A DNA stretch of 59,352 nt, counting the filler. It is 4 parts of 4 records of this genome, joined end to end, with 100 filler letters (N's around TTAATTAATTAA, not from the genome) between each part and the next. Parts side by side here need not be neighbours in the genome. Positions count along the whole stretch, not along the records: positions 1 to 31,168 come from SRR20825006_973; 3 more parts are not named here. One strand, written 5' to 3'. The notes under the pieces were generated by a model that saw only the letters and a list, made by a program, of their open reading frames with translations, was not told the origin of the DNA and searched no databases. Of this stretch, positions 9,773 to 21,246 are shown in pieces; the first letter of the stretch is position 1; every line of letters starts with the position of its first letter. The position numbers and the translations under genes were made by a program.

Positions 9773-11353
9773 TTAAAATTTCGTACCTCTAATCCAAGTA
9801 TCAGAGCGAGCCCAACTTGTTTCAAAAGCAATATCAATTTCGCTATCCATAATTCCCTGCGCCTCTTTAGCTTGTTTGATTCCGAATAATGACCATCCAT
9901 TATTTGGATGATGTTTCAATTCTTCCTCAAAAACTGAAATAGCCTCGCTAAATTTACTTTGGGTTATTAGAATAGCTCCCAACCAACTACGTGGTGAGAA
10001 TGGTAAAGGTTCAGGTTCATCATAAGTAAGTTTATCATAAAACTCTGTCGCCTTCCTGAAATCAATTTCGGCTTTCGCCAAATCTCCTTCTACCGAAAAA
10101 ATCTCGCCTTCAAGTATATAGCCCAAAATGCTTAATAAATTCTCTCCTGAATGGAATCGAAATTTATCAGTAGAAACTTGTGCCTCTTTTAATATCTGAT
10201 CTGAAAACTCACGGGCCTTGCTAGCGTCACCAAGTTTTAATGCAGCATATCCTTGTGCAAAATCCCAAATTCCACCTTGAATAGATTTATCAGAACGGTT
10301 ATCGATACTTGCGATTTCATCAAACCGACCAAAACGTATCAGAGTGAGCACATGATACATATTGTTACCTGTTAGCTTTGCGTAATCTTTACCTGCTTGA
10401 ATTGCAATGGCACCTTGGCCGTCCATACTGGCTGCAAAAGCTAGCATATGCAAATTATGAGACGGATAAATGGCAAAACCCTCTCCAACAGAAGCTTTCA
10501 TATCAGAATGCCATGCCATAATATTGGCACGAACGGCATCATTCCATCGCCCAATTTCATTCCAAGTATGTGATGGCATGTGGTTTATGTGGCTCGCTCC
10601 AGGAATAGAGGTTCCAATAAATTCAGCGCAACCTTCTGCCAGCTCTGGTTTTTGGCTAGACTCAGTTGCATGAATGTATAAATGACATGCTCCAGGGTGT
10701 TTAATATCTATTTCTAGAATTCGTTCAAGCTCTTTGTGTAAAGCCATAACATCAGGGTCGTTTACGTCTCGAGTTCCTCTCCGAGGTTCTAGCAAGAATA
10801 GAGACTCAGCATATAATGTCGCAATATCTAAATCCTCTGGATATTTTCGTGCTACTCTCTTCATTGCCACAGAGTATAGCGTATCCTGTACAGCTTTCTC
10901 ACTTTCAATATAATTTTCTACATAGCGTACGGCAAACGCTTCTATTAAATCTTGTTCTTTTGGGCTTGCATTACTTGCATAACGAAGTGCTTTTTGAATG
11001 TTTTCGTAGGCTCTTGGAGCTTCTTCTTTCGTCATGGCTCCGTTTAAGTACGAGCCCCAAGCCCAAGCTTCTCCCCAATAACAAATAGCACAGTTTGGTT
11101 CTGCTTTCTGAGCCTCTCTAAATGATCGAGCTGCATCTACTTTAGTAAATGCATACATCATCTGAAATCCTTGATTGAAATAAGCCTGCACTTTTTCATT
11201 GTTTGATGAAATTGGATAACTAAAGTCACCTAATGCTTTTTCAAAGATTGGGAAATTATCTTTAAATGATTCGGGATATTCAACCTCTTGTGCATTTACT
11301 GCATAAAAGGGTAAAAACACACACGCTATTAATACACTTAACTTATTTCTCAT
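9773..11353 (-). CDS. Secreted TPR-repeat protein with clustered His motifs
   Basis: Signal peptide from MRNKLSVL (ATG at 11353 preferred over the 11410 ORF start); TPR-like helices; HPGACHLYIH, HINHMPSH and HNLH motifs. Confidence 0.7.
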   Translation of the reverse strand: MRNKLSVLIACVFLPFYAVNAQEVEYPESFKDNFPIFEKALGDFSYPISSNNEKVQAYFNQGFQMMYAFTKVDAARSFREAQKAEPNCAICYWGEAWAWGSYLNGAMTKEEAPRAYENIQKALRYASNASPKEQDLIEAFAVRYVENYIESEKAVQDTLYSVAMKRVARKYPEDLDIATLYAESLFLLEPRRGTRDVNDPDVMALHKELERILEIDIKHPGACHLYIHATESSQKPELAEGCAEFIGTSIPGASHINHMPSHTWNEIGRWNDAVRANIMAWHSDMKASVGEGFAIYPSHNLHMLAFAASMDGQGAIAIQAGKDYAKLTGNNMYHVLTLIRFGRFDEIASIDNRSDKSIQGGIWDFAQGYAALKLGDASKAREFSDQILKEAQVSTDKFRFHSGENLLSILGYILEGEIFSVEGDLAKAEIDFRKATEFYDKLTYDEPEPLPFSPRSWLGAILITQSKFSEAISVFEEELKHHPNNGWSLFGIKQAKEAQGIMDSEIDIAFETSWARSDTWIRGTKF

Positions 11354-11550
11354 GCCTAAATGCCCTTCAAAATTATCTAAACTATCAATCATTTTATTTC
11401 TACTAAACAATAGTAAAAGCGCTCCTTTCTACAAAAAATAATCTCAACTTATTTTTAATAACCATTTCTTAAATTTTATAGTTATCTAAATAACATCTTG
11501 AATGTACCTTTCACATTGTTGAACTTGTTTTAAAAATAAACACTCTTCTT

Positions 11551-12276
11551 ATGGCAGACATCTTAGCTACTCTTGCGCTTCTTATTGGTCTAGAATTAGT
11601 TCTAGGCGTAGATAATATTCTAGTAATCACCATTTTTGTAAGTCGACTTAAGAAAGAGCAGCAACAAAAAGCACGAGTAATTGGGTTAGCTTTGGCGATG
11701 GTAGCACGCATTGTTTTGCTGTTTGTCTTAATCAAGCTAACAGGCTTAACAAACACCATTATTTGGGATTTATCCATTCGCGATTTAATACTGATAGTTG
11801 GTGGGTTATTTCTAATCTATAAAGCGGTAAGGGAAATTCACCATACCGTTGAGCTAAAAGATGAATTGATTTCGGCAGAAGACGCAGCCAAAAGAAATAC
11901 CTTTAGCTCAGTTATCACACAAATTGTTCTTTTAGATATCGTTTTCTCTGTAGATTCCGTGATTACTGCCATCGGCCTAACCGATCACCTCTATGTTATC
12001 ATAATAGCGGTTATAGTTTCGTTCATAGGCATCCTTATTTTTGCAAAACCAATTGGCGAATTCATTCTTGAAAATCCAGCGCTAAAAATTCTAGCCCTTT
12101 CATTTTTAATAAGTATTGGTATTACCATTTTTATGGAAGGATTTCACAAAGACGTTCCAAAAGCGTACATCTATTTGCCGATGGGCTTTGCATTGCTAGT
12201 TGAAGTCTTACAAATGCGCTATTCAAAAAATAAACGAAATCTCAGCAAGTCGAATGAATCTGATTCGGACGACTAA
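11551..12276 (+). CDS. TerC family membrane protein
   Basis: LELVLGVDN and LLDIVFSVDSVITAIG motifs; multiple TM helices. Confidence 0.9.
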   Translation: MADILATLALLIGLELVLGVDNILVITIFVSRLKKEQQQKARVIGLALAMVARIVLLFVLIKLTGLTNTIIWDLSIRDLILIVGGLFLIYKAVREIHHTVELKDELISAEDAAKRNTFSSVITQIVLLDIVFSVDSVITAIGLTDHLYVIIIAVIVSFIGILIFAKPIGEFILENPALKILALSFLISIGITIFMEGFHKDVPKAYIYLPMGFALLVEVLQMRYSKNKRNLSKSNESDSDD

Positions 12277-12287
12277 AACCTAATGCA

Positions 12288-13472
12288 TTGAAAACTAGAC
12301 CATTTGATATCATTCTTTTAGGAGCAACCGGTTTTACTGGACGTCGAGCCGCACGCTACCTTAAGACTCACGGAAAAGGACTACATATTGGTTTAGGAGC
12401 AAGAAACTCTGAGCGGCTCAATATTCTGGCAACAGAATTGGGATATAATGAAGGTTCCCTGTTTGTTGTGAACACGCTCCAAAAAGAGCAATTAGATAAA
12501 GTCACCGCCCTTGCAAAGATTGTAATTTCTACCGCAGGACCTTTCTCTTTATATGGCGAACAGGTAATCGCGAGTTGCGTTGAACACGGAACTCATTATC
12601 TAGATATCACTGGAGAAGTTGATTTTATTTATGAGATGATTGAAAAATATGGAGACCTTGCTCTTCAAAATAAATGTAAACTAATTCCTTTTTCAGGCTT
12701 CGATTCAGTTCCTGCTGATATTTCTGCATACTTACTCAGTAAAAAATTTGATTCCCCAAAAGAGCTCAATATTAAAGCCTATTACAGCATTAGTGGCGGT
12801 TTTAATGGAGGAACCATTGCTTCGATGATGAATAAATTTGAATCCGGGGATTTTAAAACAATGAGTAATCCGCGTCTGATAATGCAGGGTTCCGAACAGC
12901 AGTTAAGTAATCAATCTGGTACAAATTCACTCGGTTTTAATTCAGATATCAAGAGATGGACTGCTCCATTTATTATGGGAGCTATTAACTCGAAAGTGGT
13001 TTATCGAAGTGCCAGCCTTTTTAGAATTTTCGAACAGCCTTATGCTGAGGCTATTTCTTATAATGAACATTCTTCATTTGGGAAAAGATATAATCCATTT
13101 TCCTTCATCATGGTTACTTCTCTTCTCATAGCTTTAAAAGTATTGGGGCCTTATAGCTGGTTTAGAACTTTGATAAAAAAAATTGCGCCAAATCCTGGAG
13201 AAGGCCCATCCGAAAAAACTATTGAAGAAGGTTTTTTTAAGTTAAAAGCCATTGCCAAAGACCAAGATGGAAATCAAAAAAGTTTGAGTATGTCTTACTC
13301 TGGCGATCCAGGAAATAAAAGCACGGTGTTCTTTGTGTGTGAATCGGCTCTCGCACTTTTAGATGACAAATATACCACAAATGATCGTTTTGGATTTTTA
13401 ACACCCACTACCGCTTTTAATAATCATTTCATCGAAAGATTAGTAGATAAAGGTTTGAAAATCTCTTTTTGA
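12288..13472 (+). CDS. Saccharopine dehydrogenase-like / trans-acting enoyl reductase family oxidoreductase
   Basis: LGATGFTG Rossmann motif, AGPFSLYG, YLDITGE and GFDSVPAD; TTG start. Confidence 0.82.
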   Translation: MKTRPFDIILLGATGFTGRRAARYLKTHGKGLHIGLGARNSERLNILATELGYNEGSLFVVNTLQKEQLDKVTALAKIVISTAGPFSLYGEQVIASCVEHGTHYLDITGEVDFIYEMIEKYGDLALQNKCKLIPFSGFDSVPADISAYLLSKKFDSPKELNIKAYYSISGGFNGGTIASMMNKFESGDFKTMSNPRLIMQGSEQQLSNQSGTNSLGFNSDIKRWTAPFIMGAINSKVVYRSASLFRIFEQPYAEAISYNEHSSFGKRYNPFSFIMVTSLLIALKVLGPYSWFRTLIKKIAPNPGEGPSEKTIEEGFFKLKAIAKDQDGNQKSLSMSYSGDPGNKSTVFFVCESALALLDDKYTTNDRFGFLTPTTAFNNHFIERLVDKGLKISF

Positions 13473-13551
13473 ACTTAATTACTGACAGAATTTGTTTGTA
13501 TGCATACTACAATCATTTTTAGTATTTTGAAGACTCATAATTAAAAGGAAA

Positions 13552-14652
13552 ATGGCAGAAAAAGTAACTTTCAATAACAAAATTGATCGCGAGTTTAGTA
13601 AAACGGTTAAAGCTCGAGTTAATACCTACTTTGAAGAGAACAAGCTTTCAAAGAATGCTAACGCACAAATGGTTCTAAAGACAATCATTATTCTTGGCGT
13701 TTATATTGGTGCGTACGCAATGATTATATCCGGCCAATTTTCTTTGAATGTCATGTGGTTTTTAGCTGCTATGATGGGAGTTGGAATGGCCGGCATTGGG
13801 TTTTCAATCTCACATGATGCACTTCATGGAGCCTATTCTTCTAACAGTAAAATTAATTACATCATTGGCTTAACATTCGATATGGTTGGCGCTAATGGTT
13901 ATATCTGGAAGATTACCCATAATATTATTCATCATACTTATACGAATATTCACGGCCACGATGAAGATTTAGAAGTTGCTGAATTTATCCGCCTTTCTCC
14001 GCATTCTGAACATAAGCCCATTCATCGATTACAACATTTTCTCGCTTTTCCAGCCTATAGCTTTGCAACCGTTTTCTGGGTTTTCATTAAAGATTATTGG
14101 TACTTCTTTAAACCAGAATTAGGACCATACGAAAACAAAAATCATCCTCTTAAAGAGTGGGTTACTCTAATTTTATCCAAAATCTTTTATTATGGATACA
14201 TTCTTGTTCTTCCTTATTTCATTTTAGACATCACCTGGTATCAATTGCTGATTGGTTTCTTTTCACTACATCTAACTGCAGGCCTTATTTTAGGTATCAT
14301 TTTTCAATTGGCGCATGTTGTTGAAGAAACGACTTTCCCAATTCCTGACGAACAGAACATGATTGACAACCACTGGGTTATTCATGAAATGTTTACAACA
14401 AATAATTTTGCTCGACGCAACAAAGTACTCTCTTGGTACATTGGTGGCCTTAACTACCAAATCGAACATCACTTGTTTCCAAAAGTTTGTAGTATTCACT
14501 ACCCAGAAATAAGTTTGATTGTAGAACAAACAGCCAAAGAGTTTGGTATCCCTTATAATTGTCACGATACTTTCAGAGAAGCAGTAGCATCTCACTACCG
14601 AACACTAAAGAAGTTTGGCAGAGCTGATTTCAAATTTTCACCAGTGGCCTAA
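13552..14652 (+). CDS. Membrane fatty acid (acyl-CoA) desaturase
   Basis: Three His boxes: HDALH, HNIIHH and QIEHHLFP. Confidence 0.93.
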   Translation: MAEKVTFNNKIDREFSKTVKARVNTYFEENKLSKNANAQMVLKTIIILGVYIGAYAMIISGQFSLNVMWFLAAMMGVGMAGIGFSISHDALHGAYSSNSKINYIIGLTFDMVGANGYIWKITHNIIHHTYTNIHGHDEDLEVAEFIRLSPHSEHKPIHRLQHFLAFPAYSFATVFWVFIKDYWYFFKPELGPYENKNHPLKEWVTLILSKIFYYGYILVLPYFILDITWYQLLIGFFSLHLTAGLILGIIFQLAHVVEETTFPIPDEQNMIDNHWVIHEMFTTNNFARRNKVLSWYIGGLNYQIEHHLFPKVCSIHYPEISLIVEQTAKEFGIPYNCHDTFREAVASHYRTLKKFGRADFKFSPVA

Positions 14653-14731
14653 TTTTATATTAAATCTTCTAGATTAAGAACTTTTCTTTGGATGATTTGA
14701 TACATTCCCCTCACAAATAATATGATATTAA

Positions 14732-17098
14732 ATGGGTGGATGCAGTATTTGGTACAGAGTTTCTGTATCAATATTTTTTATTTTCTTTGGGTTACTTCTT
14801 GCTCCTGAAAAAGCTCAGGCTCAGCCAGAAGCGATAGAAGGCATCTTAGATTTACGGACAATAGATTTTGATCTGGACGAACCCATCCCTTTAAAAGGAA
14901 AATGGGAATTCTATTGGAAACAACTCATTGAACCTAGTGAACCATTCGATGATCAAAAGGTAGAATTTGTACAGTTTCCAAACATTTGGAATAAGGACGA
15001 AGATTTAGGCTCTTTTGGTTTTGCTACTTATAGATTAAAGATTCTACTTCCCGATTCATCCCCGCCCTTAGCTTTTAGCTTACCCGATTTTTATACTTCC
15101 TACAACTTTTATGTAAATGGAGCTCTACTAGCTAGTAATGGTATAGTCGCCGATAATGCAGAAAATTACGAACCGAAATGGCTACCCATAACTTCATCTT
15201 TATATAATTACCAAAAGGATTCTTTAGAAATTGTTCTGCAGATTGCCAATTTTAGACATCACAAAGGAGGCGCTCGTTTACCAATTGTTATTGGAGCCAA
15301 TAAGAAACTTGTACATACTCGCGAACTCCATTTAGGTTATGCTTTTATACTAACGGGAGCGCTCATAATGGGGGGGTTATTCTTCTTAGGATTATATCTC
15401 TTCGGAAGAAACGAGAAACCAATTCTTTACTTCTCTCTCTTTTGCCTATGCTACAGTTACCGAGTTTTTGGAACCGAACTTTATCCTCTTCATCTACTCC
15501 TCTCAGACATTCCTTGGATTTACACAGTACGTGCAGAATATATTTCGTTATACCTATCGCCGGTACTTTTCGGATTGTTCTTAAAGCACCTATACCCTTC
15601 TGAATCGTCAAAAATAGTTATAGCAGTCTTTCATACTTTTTTTCTGGTGTTCGCAGTAATCGCTTTAATTTTTCCCGCTTATTATTTCACACAGCTTATT
15701 AATCCGTTCTTTTTGATGGGAGCTATTTATATCGGTTATTCTAGCCTAGTTTTCGCCAAAGCCGTAACAAATAAGAGGCAAGGTTCAAAATATGCTATTG
15801 CTAGTGGCATCGTTCTGTTCGTTGTCTTTATAATGAACTTATTGGAATATTATGTAATAATTGAAGAAAGCTTACTCCTAAATGTTATTGGCTATCTCTC
15901 ATTTTTCTTTCTTCAATCGTTAATTCTGTCAGAACGTTTTGGTAGATCCCTTACAGACGCAAAAGAACGAGCCGAACATGCTTCTCTTGCTAAAACACAG
16001 TTTCTTTCTACTATGGGGCATGAACTCCGAACCCCTCTAAATGCGGTAATTGGATTTTCAGAACTTATTGTTGACTCAAAATCTCAAGAAGAACGAGTAG
16101 AATTCGCCTCTATCATCAAGAAAAGTGGCGAAAGTTTATTGGGCATCATTAACAATATTCTCGATTACTCAAAAATTGAGACTAAAAACATCACTATTGA
16201 GAACGAACGAGTTGATCTTCCTGCTTTTTTAGAAGACACTATTAAAATGCTATCTGCACTCACCATAAATAAAAAGGTAGTGCTTAATCTACATTTCAAT
16301 CTCGATGTCCAAACCATTGAAACGGACCCTACTCGGCTTCGCCAAATTCTTATAAACCTAATCGGGAATGCCATAAAATTTACCGAAAACGGAACTATAA
16401 GCATTCACGTTGAAAACTCATCCACAGATCAAAAAGGAAACATTCTATTTACTGTTAAAGATACGGGAATTGGCATTCCTTCCGATAAAATTAACCTACT
16501 TTTTAAAGAATTTTCTCAAGTTGATGCCAATATCAATCGCAAATATGGTGGAACTGGACTAGGTTTAGCGATTAGTAAAAAGCTTGTTGAAAACTTGGGA
16601 GGAAAGATTTGGGTAAAAAGTATAGCAGCTGAAGGAACTGAATTTCATTTTACAATTAAGGCTAAAAAAATTAGCCCAAAAAAAAGTGATTCGACGAAGT
16701 TTACCTCAAATTCAGTATCTCAAAATCTATCCGGGTTAAAAATCCTAATAGTTGAAGATAATGTCATCAATCAAAAAGTTGCCCAAAAATTGCTCGAACG
16801 ATTAGGCTATAAAGCAGATATTGCAGAAAATGGTTTAGTAGCAATTAATATGGTCCCCAAAACCTCCTACGACTTAATTTTTATGGATATGGAGATGCCC
16901 GGTTTAGACGGTATTGAAACAACTCTTAAGATTTTAAACCTCGAACTTCCCAAAAAACCAATTATTATAGCAATGACTGCATTGGCAACTCCGGAAGATC
17001 ATGCTCGTTGCTTAAAAGCAGGTATGAGTGATTTTGTACCAAAACCGATTACTCTTCAATCAGTTAATAAGGCCATTATTAAACAATTTGATTTATAA
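14732..17098 (+). CDS. Hybrid sensor histidine kinase (extracellular sugar-binding-like domain, 7TM-DISM, HisKA, HATPase, one receiver)
   Basis: [11 protein letters not shown] block, [12 protein letters not shown]-box, [26 protein letters not shown] receiver. Confidence 0.9.
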   Translation: MGGCSIWYRVSVSIFFIFFGLLLAPEKAQAQPEAIEGILDLRTIDFDLDEPIPLKGKWEFYWKQLIEPSEPFDDQKVEFVQFPNIWNKDEDLGSFGFATYRLKILLPDSSPPLAFSLPDFYTSYNFYVNGALLASNGIVADNAENYEPKWLPITSSLYNYQKDSLEIVLQIANFRHHKGGARLPIVIGANKKLVHTRELHLGYAFILTGALIMGGLFFLGLYLFGRNEKPILYFSLFCLCYSYRVFGTELYPLHLLLSDIPWIYTVRAEYISLYLSPVLFGLFLKHLYPSESSKIVIAVFHTFFLVFAVIALIFPAYYFTQLINPFFLMGAIYIGYSSLVFAKAVTNKRQGSKYAIASGIVLFVVFIMNLLEYYVIIEESLLLNVIGYLSFFFLQSLILSERFGRSLTDAKERAEHASLAKTQFLSTMGHELRTPLNAVIGFSELIVDSKSQEERVEFASIIKKSGESLLGIINNILDYSKIETKNITIENERVDLPAFLEDTIKMLSALTINKKVVLNLHFNLDVQTIETDPTRLRQILINLIGNAIKFTENGTISIHVENSSTDQKGNILFTVKDTGIGIPSDKINLLFKEFSQVDANINRKYGGTGLGLAISKKLVENLGGKIWVKSIAAEGTEFHFTIKAKKISPKKSDSTKFTSNSVSQNLSGLKILIVEDNVINQKVAQKLLERLGYKADIAENGLVAINMVPKTSYDLIFMDMEMPGLDGIETTLKILNLELPKKPIIIAMTALATPEDHARCLKAGMSDFVPKPITLQSVNKAIIKQFDL

Positions 17099-17109
17099 AT
17101 AGAATTATT

Positions 17110-19875
17110 TTGTTATTCTTTGATATGGGAAACGGTAAAAATATTTTCATTTATATCTTAGTATGCGTCATTGCGCTTATCTTCTCTAATGATGTAAATG
17201 CACAACCTAAGATCGAATCTGGAGTTCTAGACCTAATCCAAGCTGACTTTATAGAAACCCAGTCTTATGAACTAGATGGAGATTGGGAGTTCTATTGGGA
17301 GCATTTATACAGTCCTGACAATCTTGATACTTTACAGCTCAAACAATACCGTACATTTCCTAGTATTTGGAATGATGACTTCGGGAATTACGGCTTCGCA
17401 ACATACAAGCTAACCATTCTTATCAACCCAAAAGCCCCACCACTAGCACTAAGTATTCCAGATTTTTATTCGGCATATAAGCTTTATGTTAATGGCCGTG
17501 AAATAGCTAATAATGGGAAGGTTGGCTCTTCAAAAGAAAACTATATCCCGCATTGGGTATCAAAAACAATTTCGCTCACCAATAATGATATAGATAGCCT
17601 TGAACTGGTTCTTCAAATTTCAAACTTTGACCATAGCAAAGGTGGGCCAAAAAATTCAATTATCCTTGGCGAAGCCGAACATCTTTTCAGTACAAGAGAA
17701 CTTGAATTAGGGTATTCTTACGGCTTAACGGGAGCGCTTATAATGGGCGGGCTTTTCTTTTTTGGATTATATCTTTTTGGCCGCCATGAAAAACCTCTAT
17801 TCTATTTCTCTCTTTTTTGCCTTGTATATAGTTATAGAATTATTGGTTTTGGAATTTACCCGCTTCACTTTCTATTGCCCGATATTCCTTGGATTATTAC
17901 CCTGAAACTCGAATATATCACACTATTCATTTCAGGATACCTCTTTGGAACTTATATATTAAGCCTATATCCTAGAGAAGCTTCAAGAATGGTAATTAAA
18001 ACATTGAGCGGAATTTCACTTCTCTTTGTTGCCATCACCCTTTTTCTTCCAGCTTCTTATTTCACATTGCTAATTACTCCCTATTTCATTGCGCTCATAC
18101 TCTACATAACCTATGCAACCTACGTTTTTATACTTGCAGCCGTACATAAACGAGATGGTTCTTTGTTTTCACTTGCCAGCACAGGAGTTATATTTTTTGT
18201 ATTTCTTTACGAAATTATGGTCTACTTCGGCTTAGCACAACACTCTTTATTATTCAATTTTTTAGGTTACATCTCTTTCTTTTTCTTCCAATCTCTTGTT
18301 CTTTCTTTTCGATTTGCTAAATATTTAAAATTAGCAGCTATTCAGGCAGAAGCAGCTTCTAAGGCAAAGTCTCAGTTTCTTTCAACAATGAGCCATGAAA
18401 TTCGAACTCCATTAAATGCAGTTATTGGACTTTCGGGTTTACTAAGTGACACATCACTAGATGAAAAACAATCAGAGTTTGTAAGCACTATAAAGGTTAG
18501 TGGAGAAAATTTACTCAGCATTATCAATAATATTCTAGATTACTCTAAAATTGAATCTGGTAAGTTAGAGCTGGAGCACTCCGAATTTAATACGCGAGAA
18601 GTTGTCGAAAACGTACTTGATGTTATCGCTTCATTAAACCATCGAGATAATCTAGAAATTGTGTACACAATGGATGCGAGTGTGCCGAACTATCTAATTG
18701 CTGATGTAAATAGATTCCAACAAGTGCTAGTGAACTTAGTTGGGAACGCCTTAAAGTTCACTGAGAAAGGTGAAATTGTGACATCACTAAAACTGATCGA
18801 AAAAAGCGAGCGGAATTTCTTAGAAGTTACTATTTCAGACACGGGCATTGGAATTCCTGAGAATAGAAAAAATCGTCTTTTTCAAAGCTTTTCTCAAGTT
18901 GATGCTAGTACCACTCGTAAATATGGCGGTACTGGCCTTGGTTTAGTTATTAGTAAAAAGCTTGTTGAGGCGATGGGTGGAACCATAAATGTTGAAAGCG
19001 AAATAAACAAAGGAACTACTTTTACTTTTAACTTTTTGGTTGAGAAAAGCGAAAGAGAGATCGAGCCTTTTAAAACAATCTATTTTAAAGGGAAAAAAGT
19101 ATTTATTCTGGATGATAACCACACCAATCTTGAAATCCTTACCAAGCAGTGTGAAAGCCAAGGAATGGCAGTATATGCTACATCAAATCCCGCCGATATC
19201 TTAGAAATGATCCCTACTTTAGGCACCTTTGATTTCGGCATTATGGATATGCAAATGCCCGAAACTAATGGACTGGAAGTAACTCAACAGATCCGTAAAA
19301 AATGGAGCTCTATCGAGTTACCCATAATTTTGTTGAGCTCAATTCATGAGTTATCCGACTCTGATGCCAAATATTTATTTAATCTTTACCTAACCAAACC
19401 AGTTAAGCAGTCTCAACTGATTATGAATTTGGATCGTCTCTTTTCAAATTCAAAACAACAAAACGGAAAATTTACTTCCGAAGAAGAAGCCTATAATAAA
19501 GTAAAAACAATTAATGTACTGCTGGCTGAGGATAATCTAATTAACCAAAAAGTGGCTGCTAAAATTTTAGAGCGAATGGGTATAAACCCCGACATTGCTA
19601 TAAATGGTTACGAAGCTTTTGAGATGACCAAAACTAAAGCTTATGATTTAATTTTCATGGATATGGAAATGCCTATTATGGATGGACTAGATTCGACAAT
19701 TCAAATAAGAGCTCATAAAGAGATTTTACCGAAAAATCCTATTATCATCGCCATGACGGCCAATGCTATGCAAGAAGATCGCGATCGATGTATAAAAGCA
19801 GGAATGGATGATTTCCTTACTAAACCAATTACTTTAGAGTCGGTGCGAGCAATTGTAAAACATTGGTTTCGCTAG
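17110..19875 (+). CDS. Hybrid sensor histidine kinase (7TM-DISM, HisKA, HATPase, two receivers); paralogue of the upstream kinase
   Basis: [27 protein letters not shown]; receivers IMDMQMP and LIFMDMEMP. Confidence 0.9.
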   Translation: MLFFDMGNGKNIFIYILVCVIALIFSNDVNAQPKIESGVLDLIQADFIETQSYELDGDWEFYWEHLYSPDNLDTLQLKQYRTFPSIWNDDFGNYGFATYKLTILINPKAPPLALSIPDFYSAYKLYVNGREIANNGKVGSSKENYIPHWVSKTISLTNNDIDSLELVLQISNFDHSKGGPKNSIILGEAEHLFSTRELELGYSYGLTGALIMGGLFFFGLYLFGRHEKPLFYFSLFCLVYSYRIIGFGIYPLHFLLPDIPWIITLKLEYITLFISGYLFGTYILSLYPREASRMVIKTLSGISLLFVAITLFLPASYFTLLITPYFIALILYITYATYVFILAAVHKRDGSLFSLASTGVIFFVFLYEIMVYFGLAQHSLLFNFLGYISFFFFQSLVLSFRFAKYLKLAAIQAEAASKAKSQFLSTMSHEIRTPLNAVIGLSGLLSDTSLDEKQSEFVSTIKVSGENLLSIINNILDYSKIESGKLELEHSEFNTREVVENVLDVIASLNHRDNLEIVYTMDASVPNYLIADVNRFQQVLVNLVGNALKFTEKGEIVTSLKLIEKSERNFLEVTISDTGIGIPENRKNRLFQSFSQVDASTTRKYGGTGLGLVISKKLVEAMGGTINVESEINKGTTFTFNFLVEKSEREIEPFKTIYFKGKKVFILDDNHTNLEILTKQCESQGMAVYATSNPADILEMIPTLGTFDFGIMDMQMPETNGLEVTQQIRKKWSSIELPIILLSSIHELSDSDAKYLFNLYLTKPVKQSQLIMNLDRLFSNSKQQNGKFTSEEEAYNKVKTINVLLAEDNLINQKVAAKILERMGINPDIAINGYEAFEMTKTKAYDLIFMDMEMPIMDGLDSTIQIRAHKEILPKNPIIIAMTANAMQEDRDRCIKAGMDDFLTKPITLESVRAIVKHWFR

Positions 19876-19941
19876 CTCCATTAGCATTTTTTTACTTCAT
19901 CCTAGATAAAGGTTCGCTATCATTAAGAAATTAAATTATTA

Positions 19942-21243
19942 ATGATGATGAAAAATATAAAGTTCTTCCACTTCGCAGTTTTGCTACTAGTTCCAGTTCT
20001 CTCTCAGTGCCAAAAACCCTACGAGATTACTCAGGAAAATACTGCTCGGATCCTCAAAACACTTAGCTCTGATGATATGAAGGGCCGTCAAACCTTCTCG
20101 CCAGATATCGAAAAAGCGGCTGCTTTTATTGAAAGCGAATTTAGCACCATAGGCATAGAACCTCTTGAAGGACTACTAGATTATCGACAGTCTTTTAATG
20201 TGTATAGCATCAGTGTCGAAAGCTCTTCATTTAAGCTTAATGGTAAAACTGTAAAACCTGAAAACTACTTTACTGTTTCAGATTCTGAAAGCTTTAGTTG
20301 GAATAAAGATGATGTAACAGTTGTTAGTATTAAAAAAGACGATAACCTTCGGCAAAAATTTTCAGAATATTCTAGCTCTAAAGAACCATTGCTTGTACTT
20401 ATTGATGCAGAACACAAGATGATGTTTAGCCGCTATCAATCCTATTATTCTAGAGCTGCTCGGAAAATTGAGCTCGGTAATGCAGCAAACGTTGTATTTC
20501 TACTATCTAACAGTTCAGTTAAATCACTCGATATTTCAGTTACCAATAAAATTGACACGCTAGAAATTGCGAATATTGCTGGTAAGATTGAAGGAAAATT
20601 GAAAAACGAATTTGTAGTTTTCTCTGGGCATTATGACCACATTGGTATTCGTCCTGCTGTTGATGGTGATTCCGTTGCTAATGGCGCCAACGATGATGCT
20701 TCTGGTGTTACTGCAGTAATAGAACTAGCTCGACATTTCAAAAGCTTAAAACAACCAGAACGAACTCTACTCTTTGTAGCTTTTACGGGCGAAGAAGTTG
20801 GGGGCTACGGCTCTAAGTACTTCTCTAAGCAACTTAACCCAGACGAGATTGTAGCAATGTTCAACATTGAGATGATTGGAAAGCCTGCTGTTGACGGACC
20901 AAATACAGCATGGATTACAGGTTTTGAACGATCTTCTTTTGGTGAACTTCTTCAGAAAAGCACAGAAGGAAGCATTTATACCTTCTACCCAGATCCATAT
21001 CCGCAACAAAATCTTTTCTACCGTTCAGACAATGCCACATTAGCTCGCTTAGGCGTTCCGGCTCATTCGATAAGCACAACACCCATCGATGTTGATCCAG
21101 ACTATCACAAAGTAAGTGATGAGTTCGAAACCATCGACATTCCTCACATGACTAACACAATAAAAGCTATTTCAAAAGCTGCTGAAGGAATTGTATCAGG
21201 AAAAGACACTCCAACTCGTGTTGATCCTTCAGAAATGAGATAA
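19942..21243 (+). CDS. M28 family metallopeptidase, secreted or lipoprotein
   Basis: SGHYDHIG, GANDDASG, FTGEEVG, NIEMIG, RSDN and YHKVSD motifs. Confidence 0.9.
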   Translation: MMMKNIKFFHFAVLLLVPVLSQCQKPYEITQENTARILKTLSSDDMKGRQTFSPDIEKAAAFIESEFSTIGIEPLEGLLDYRQSFNVYSISVESSSFKLNGKTVKPENYFTVSDSESFSWNKDDVTVVSIKKDDNLRQKFSEYSSSKEPLLVLIDAEHKMMFSRYQSYYSRAARKIELGNAANVVFLLSNSSVKSLDISVTNKIDTLEIANIAGKIEGKLKNEFVVFSGHYDHIGIRPAVDGDSVANGANDDASGVTAVIELARHFKSLKQPERTLLFVAFTGEEVGGYGSKYFSKQLNPDEIVAMFNIEMIGKPAVDGPNTAWITGFERSSFGELLQKSTEGSIYTFYPDPYPQQNLFYRSDNATLARLGVPAHSISTTPIDVDPDYHKVSDEFETIDIPHMTNTIKAISKAAEGIVSGKDTPTRVDPSEMR

Positions 21244-21246
21244 CAA

